Source: Elsinoe ampelina
Lineage: Eukaryota
Length of the DNA: 64,000 bases
Assembly: GCA_010093995.1 (NCBI GenBank)
Contig: ML992516.1
Coordinates: 371,413 to 435,412, forward strand
Reading direction: 5' to 3'
A program made the translations under genes and the position numbers. This document shows, in pieces, positions 59,982 to 64,000 of this stretch (position 1 is its first letter; each line of letters opens with the position of its first letter). The notes below the pieces were generated by a model. That model was not told where the DNA came from. It did not search any database and saw only the letters and a program-made list of their open reading frames with translations.

Positions 59982-62610
59982 ATGGAGGATCACGACAAGG
60001 ATGAGAAGCCACAAAGCGCAACCACCGAACAGTCAACAGACAAGTCACTACCGGAAGAGCCGATCAAGAGTGATACACAACCTACACAGCATGAAGAGAT
60101 GGAGGATGGTCCTATACATTCACAAAAGATTGCGACTTCTGGTATGGAGGACATGTCATTGGAAGACGAGCGATCCCAACATGGAATGCAACCTCCGATC
60201 GGTGTTCAGACTGATCTAGGCGACTCTAAACCTGTTCAATCTCCCACAAACATTCTCGACACTGCTCCATCATTACAGCCTGGTAATACTGGACTGGGTC
60301 TGACAGAATCGCCAATATCGCCAAACAAAAGCGACAATGGCGAACAGATTGTCCAGTCCCCTCCAGCCGTTGAAGAGACAGATCGACCAAGTGTCCCGAA
60401 CCGAACAATCTCTGAAGGTATCTCACGGAAGATGACTGGTACTTTTTCGTGGTTATCAAGAGCAACGAATATAAGAAAGAATACTGCATCTCCTCCAAGA
60501 CAAAACCAACCTTCTTTCCCCGGCTTTGCTGCAAGAAGAAGCACTACATCTTCAGTCTCGACGATTGCTAGTCATCAGGACAAGGCATTACCACCGGTCA
60601 AGGACGGACAAGACAGAGAGAAGGGACCGAGTCTGCAAGAAAGATTTCAGGCTGCCAGGATGGAGAGCGAGGCTAGCACGAGGCGGTCATCGAGTGACAC
60701 TACACCACCAGCAAATGGAGAGCCGTTGAAGAGTCCGACTTCAGAATACAGTCCAGATGGAGGACCAGCGAGTCCACAGCCTCAAGATCAGCAAAACAGG
60801 TCGAGAGCCACGACGAATGTGGACATGAAGCTGCCCCCTGGAACTGCTGCTGGTATTTCTATGGGACCTTCGACCGAGGATGAGTCGCACGTCAATTGGG
60901 ATCTCTGGCAGACACTGGTCTACGAAGGTCCTTCAGCCGTAGCAAAGACGAGTGGCGCACAACTCAATGCTGCGATTCAGAATGGCATTCCTGCGCCCAT
61001 CCGAGGAGTGGTCTGGCAAGTGTTGGCTGATAGCAAGAGCGAGCATTTGGAGACAGTATACCGGACATTACTGGGCAAGGAGGATACAAATGGCGTCAAG
61101 TCACCAGCATTGTCAAGAGAAGACTCGACAACACCGATGAACGGGGAGAAGCAGGAATCGTTGGCATCTTCAGCATCGTCAGTACACTCACATACTTCGA
61201 CGCCCGCGACGAGCACACACGCGACGTCACCGCCTCCCACCACAACAGCAGGTCACGACGAGGAGGAGAAATCGCAAGACACACCAGTTCCGGCAAGCAG
61301 GAAGAAGAGTGCAGATCAGACTGCATCAGTACAAAAGCTTGAGAAGATGATCAGGAAGGATCTTGGTTCGCGGACCGCATACTCGAAATATCTTGCCAGT
61401 TCAGGACTCCAAGAAGGTCTCTTCGGTGTCTGCAAAGCATATGCCCTGTATGACTCGGAGATTGGCTACGCTCAAGGCATGAACTTCATCGCCATGCCAC
61501 TCCTCTTCAACATGCCCGAGGACGAGGCTTTCACCCTGTTCGTGCGCATGATGTCAAAGTACGACCTCCGCTCGCTCTTCACACCTGAGATGACCGGACT
61601 CCATCTTCGCCTTTACCAATTTGAGCGATTACTTGAGGATCATGAACCAGCTCTCTACTGCCATCTTCACCGCCGAGGTGTCTCGCCAACGCTATATGCC
61701 ACGCAATGGTTCCTCACGCTCTTCGCCTATCGTTTCCCGTTACAGCTCGTCCAGCGCATCTACGACCTCATTTTGTCCGAAGGACTCTCAGCTATCCTGA
61801 AATTCGGCATTGTGCTAATGAAGAAGAATGCCCAAACACTACTTGCTATGAAAGACATGTCCGCCCTCACCACGCACCTCAAGGAGCGTCTCTTCGATGT
61901 CTATATTGACAAGTCACCCTCAGCTTCATCCATCCTCGACTCTGGCTTCTTCGGTGGCCTGACTGGTGGTGCCGATAAAGAGATCTACCACGCTGACGCC
62001 CTGGTCCGCGATGCCTGTGCTATTGATATCAGCGAGAAGACTCTTGCACAGTATGCTAGCGAGTTCGAAGTTAAGACCAAGGAGAACAAGGCACGAGAGG
62101 ACGAGTTGGAGTCCCTGCGCACCACGAACACTGCCCTCTCATCCAAGCTCCGCTCTCTCGAGGCTCGCGTTCAGCAGCAAGACAACGATCACGTCGGTAT
62201 CGCTTCCGAGCTCATCAAGACGAAAGTCGAGAATCAGTCACTGGCCGACCAGAACGAGTCGCTCAAGATGCAAGTCGACGAACTCCGCAAGGTGGTCGAG
62301 GCACAGCCTGGTGAGGTAGAGGAGAGGTTGAAGGAAGAGATGCAGCGGATCATGACTCGCAACATGGAGGTGCAGAATCAGAACAGAGGACTGGAAGATC
62401 AGATGGCCGAGATGGAGCAGGAGCTTGTGGGGACCAAGATGAAGTTTGCAGAGGTAACCATCCCTCGTCAAGACACTGGAAGCATTCACTGACATTCCAC
62501 AGCTCAACGCAGACTACGAACACGTCAAACAAAAGCTAGCCACCATCCAGCAGATGCTCGGAGGTGCAGCCAGCGCAGCAGCCATCAGCCCGACAGGAAG
62601 TGGGAGGTAG
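59982..62610 (+). CDS. GYP5: TBC-domain Rab GTPase-activating protein (Gyp5-like) with C-terminal coiled coil
   Basis: GIPAPIRGVVWQ, IRKDLGSRT, GYAQGMNF, LYATQWFLTLF; last intron 62454-62502; probable upstream intron 59750-59975. Confidence 0.88.
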
Positions 62611-63057
62611 TACACCCCGTCAACCACAGGGTCACCACCAGGAAGATGACACAGGAGATACGAATCATGATCGAATTGGATGAAGCACAGTAGTGGATAT
62701 GGATACAGCACTTTTGCGTCATTAGCGACTCTGGGGGATAATTGGATGCAAGAACAGATGGGCATACAGTCTGAGGACTGCACTGGCGTTTACTGGACGG
62801 TTATGGAATACCGCTGCCTTGGATGAGGCCATGTAGGTAGCGATTGAAATTGCATTACTTCTCCATTCCACAAGTGTAGCTTGACGTTGCAATATGCGTT
62901 GCTGACCGAGGTTGGTGCTTGCTTCCAGATCAGGCGTTGCTGCCTTCCACTTCTCGCACTCATCCGCCATAGTCGAACGTGTCGTCCACGGGCGCTCGCT
63001 TAACTTGTCAATCCAAACAAGTATCCACACACCAGATTCGAGACGCCTTTTGGTGGA

Positions 63058-63792
63058 GGATACGGGACTTGCGGCCTGGACATACCAAGCTTGCTGTCTG
63101 GACATGCGACACGTGCCGTCTGGAGATGCGATATCCGCCGTTCGGACAGGAGCTACTTGATCATGGGAAATACTAAACTTGTGGGCTCAAGGTACGAAAG
63201 TTGCTGGGGGAAGATACAATACTTGCTGGTAGCGGATGCCATACTTGTTGGCCCAAGATACGACGCTTTCGGTTCAGAGATGGTATACTTGTGGGCTGCA
63301 GATGATACACTTGAGGGCTGGAGATGAGCTACTTGTGGACCGGAGATACGACACTGCCAGAAGATACACAACTTGCTATTGGAGATACACAACCTGCTGC
63401 CGGGAGATACACAACTTAACCCCAGGAGATATACAACTTGATGCCAGCAGGTATATAACTTGCTGCCAGAAGATACATGACTTGCTGCCAGGAAATACAC
63501 AACTTGCTATTTGAGATACACAAATTCCTGTTGGAAATACACAACTTGCTGCTACGAGATGTACAATTTGCTGCTACGAGATGTACAACTTGCTGCTACG
63601 AGATACACAACTTGTTGCCAGGAGGTACACAACTTGCTGCTACGAGATACACAAGTCATTGCTTGGGGATACTCGACCGTCTGGCGACAGGTACGGAACT
63701 GGTGGGTCAGATGTACCGAACATGCTGCTCTGGAATAGGGTATCTACTCGCTGGAGTTACAGTACTTGCTGGTCGCACTTACGTTACTTGCG
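63058..63792. repeat. ~22-bp-period minisatellite, about 30 or more units, consensus AGATACACAACTTGCTGCYRSG
   Basis: Unit starts every 22 bp from 63058 to 63344, one 18-bp unit, then 14 well-conserved 21/22-bp units 63362-63666, degenerate tail to ~63792. Confidence 0.9.
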
Positions 63793-64000
63793 GATTTGCA
63801 CTACCACGACTTGTCATCCACGTTCACGGCATAGGTGAGCCGCGTTGACAGGACTTGTCATCCGTTTTAGCAGCACTTGTCGTCCGACTTTGATCGCACA
63901 GAAGATGGAAGATGAGTCGATGTCGACTTGAGCTACTCCATCACCAGACAGGGATGGCTTGCACAATACCACCAGAAGCTTCGCCACATACAGAACAGCA

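Noticed and set aside
63058..63792. CRISPR array or telomeric repeat
   Set aside because: Units are head-to-tail with no unique spacers, there are no cas genes, the context is eukaryotic, and there is no TTAGGG-type unit.
63153..63848. Cys-rich ORFs in the ORF track (RYTTCC repeats)
   Set aside because: By-products of a 22-bp non-triplet repeat; the same peptides appear in all three frames.

Overview
Eukaryotic DNA from a filamentous ascomycete (Pezizomycotina; class not determinable from this window), gene-dense with short GT-AG introns. Most of it is conserved housekeeping genes: RVB1, MRP49-like, GET2, STE11, RFC5, BLOC-1 subunit 1, SDE2, RPS10, nagA, GYP5-like Rab-GAP and a MUG190-like C2 protein. 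Three non-routine structures stand out. (1) The ORF-free AT-rich block at 3096-6058 is a full-length PIF/Harbinger DNA transposon destroyed by RIP. It has 16-bp TIRs, a TAA target-site duplication, and convergent relic ORFs (Myb/SANT protein and DDE transposase) readable after reversing the transitions. It sits in the divergent promoter of a Zn2Cys6 regulator and an enol-lactonase-like hydrolase. (2) Nine intronless F-box paralogues sharing a downstream (SWR)xMxxxQPP motif lie in two clusters (11.3-14.3 kb, 42.9-53.0 kb). Three are disabled, and the second cluster is interleaved with bacterial-type genes. (3) A ~730-bp minisatellite with near-constant 22-bp period lies at 63.06-63.79 kb. Smaller points include a probable 3-nt micro-exon, an intron-split start codon and a zinc-ribbon microprotein. 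All calls come from manual reading and motif recognition; no database searches were run.
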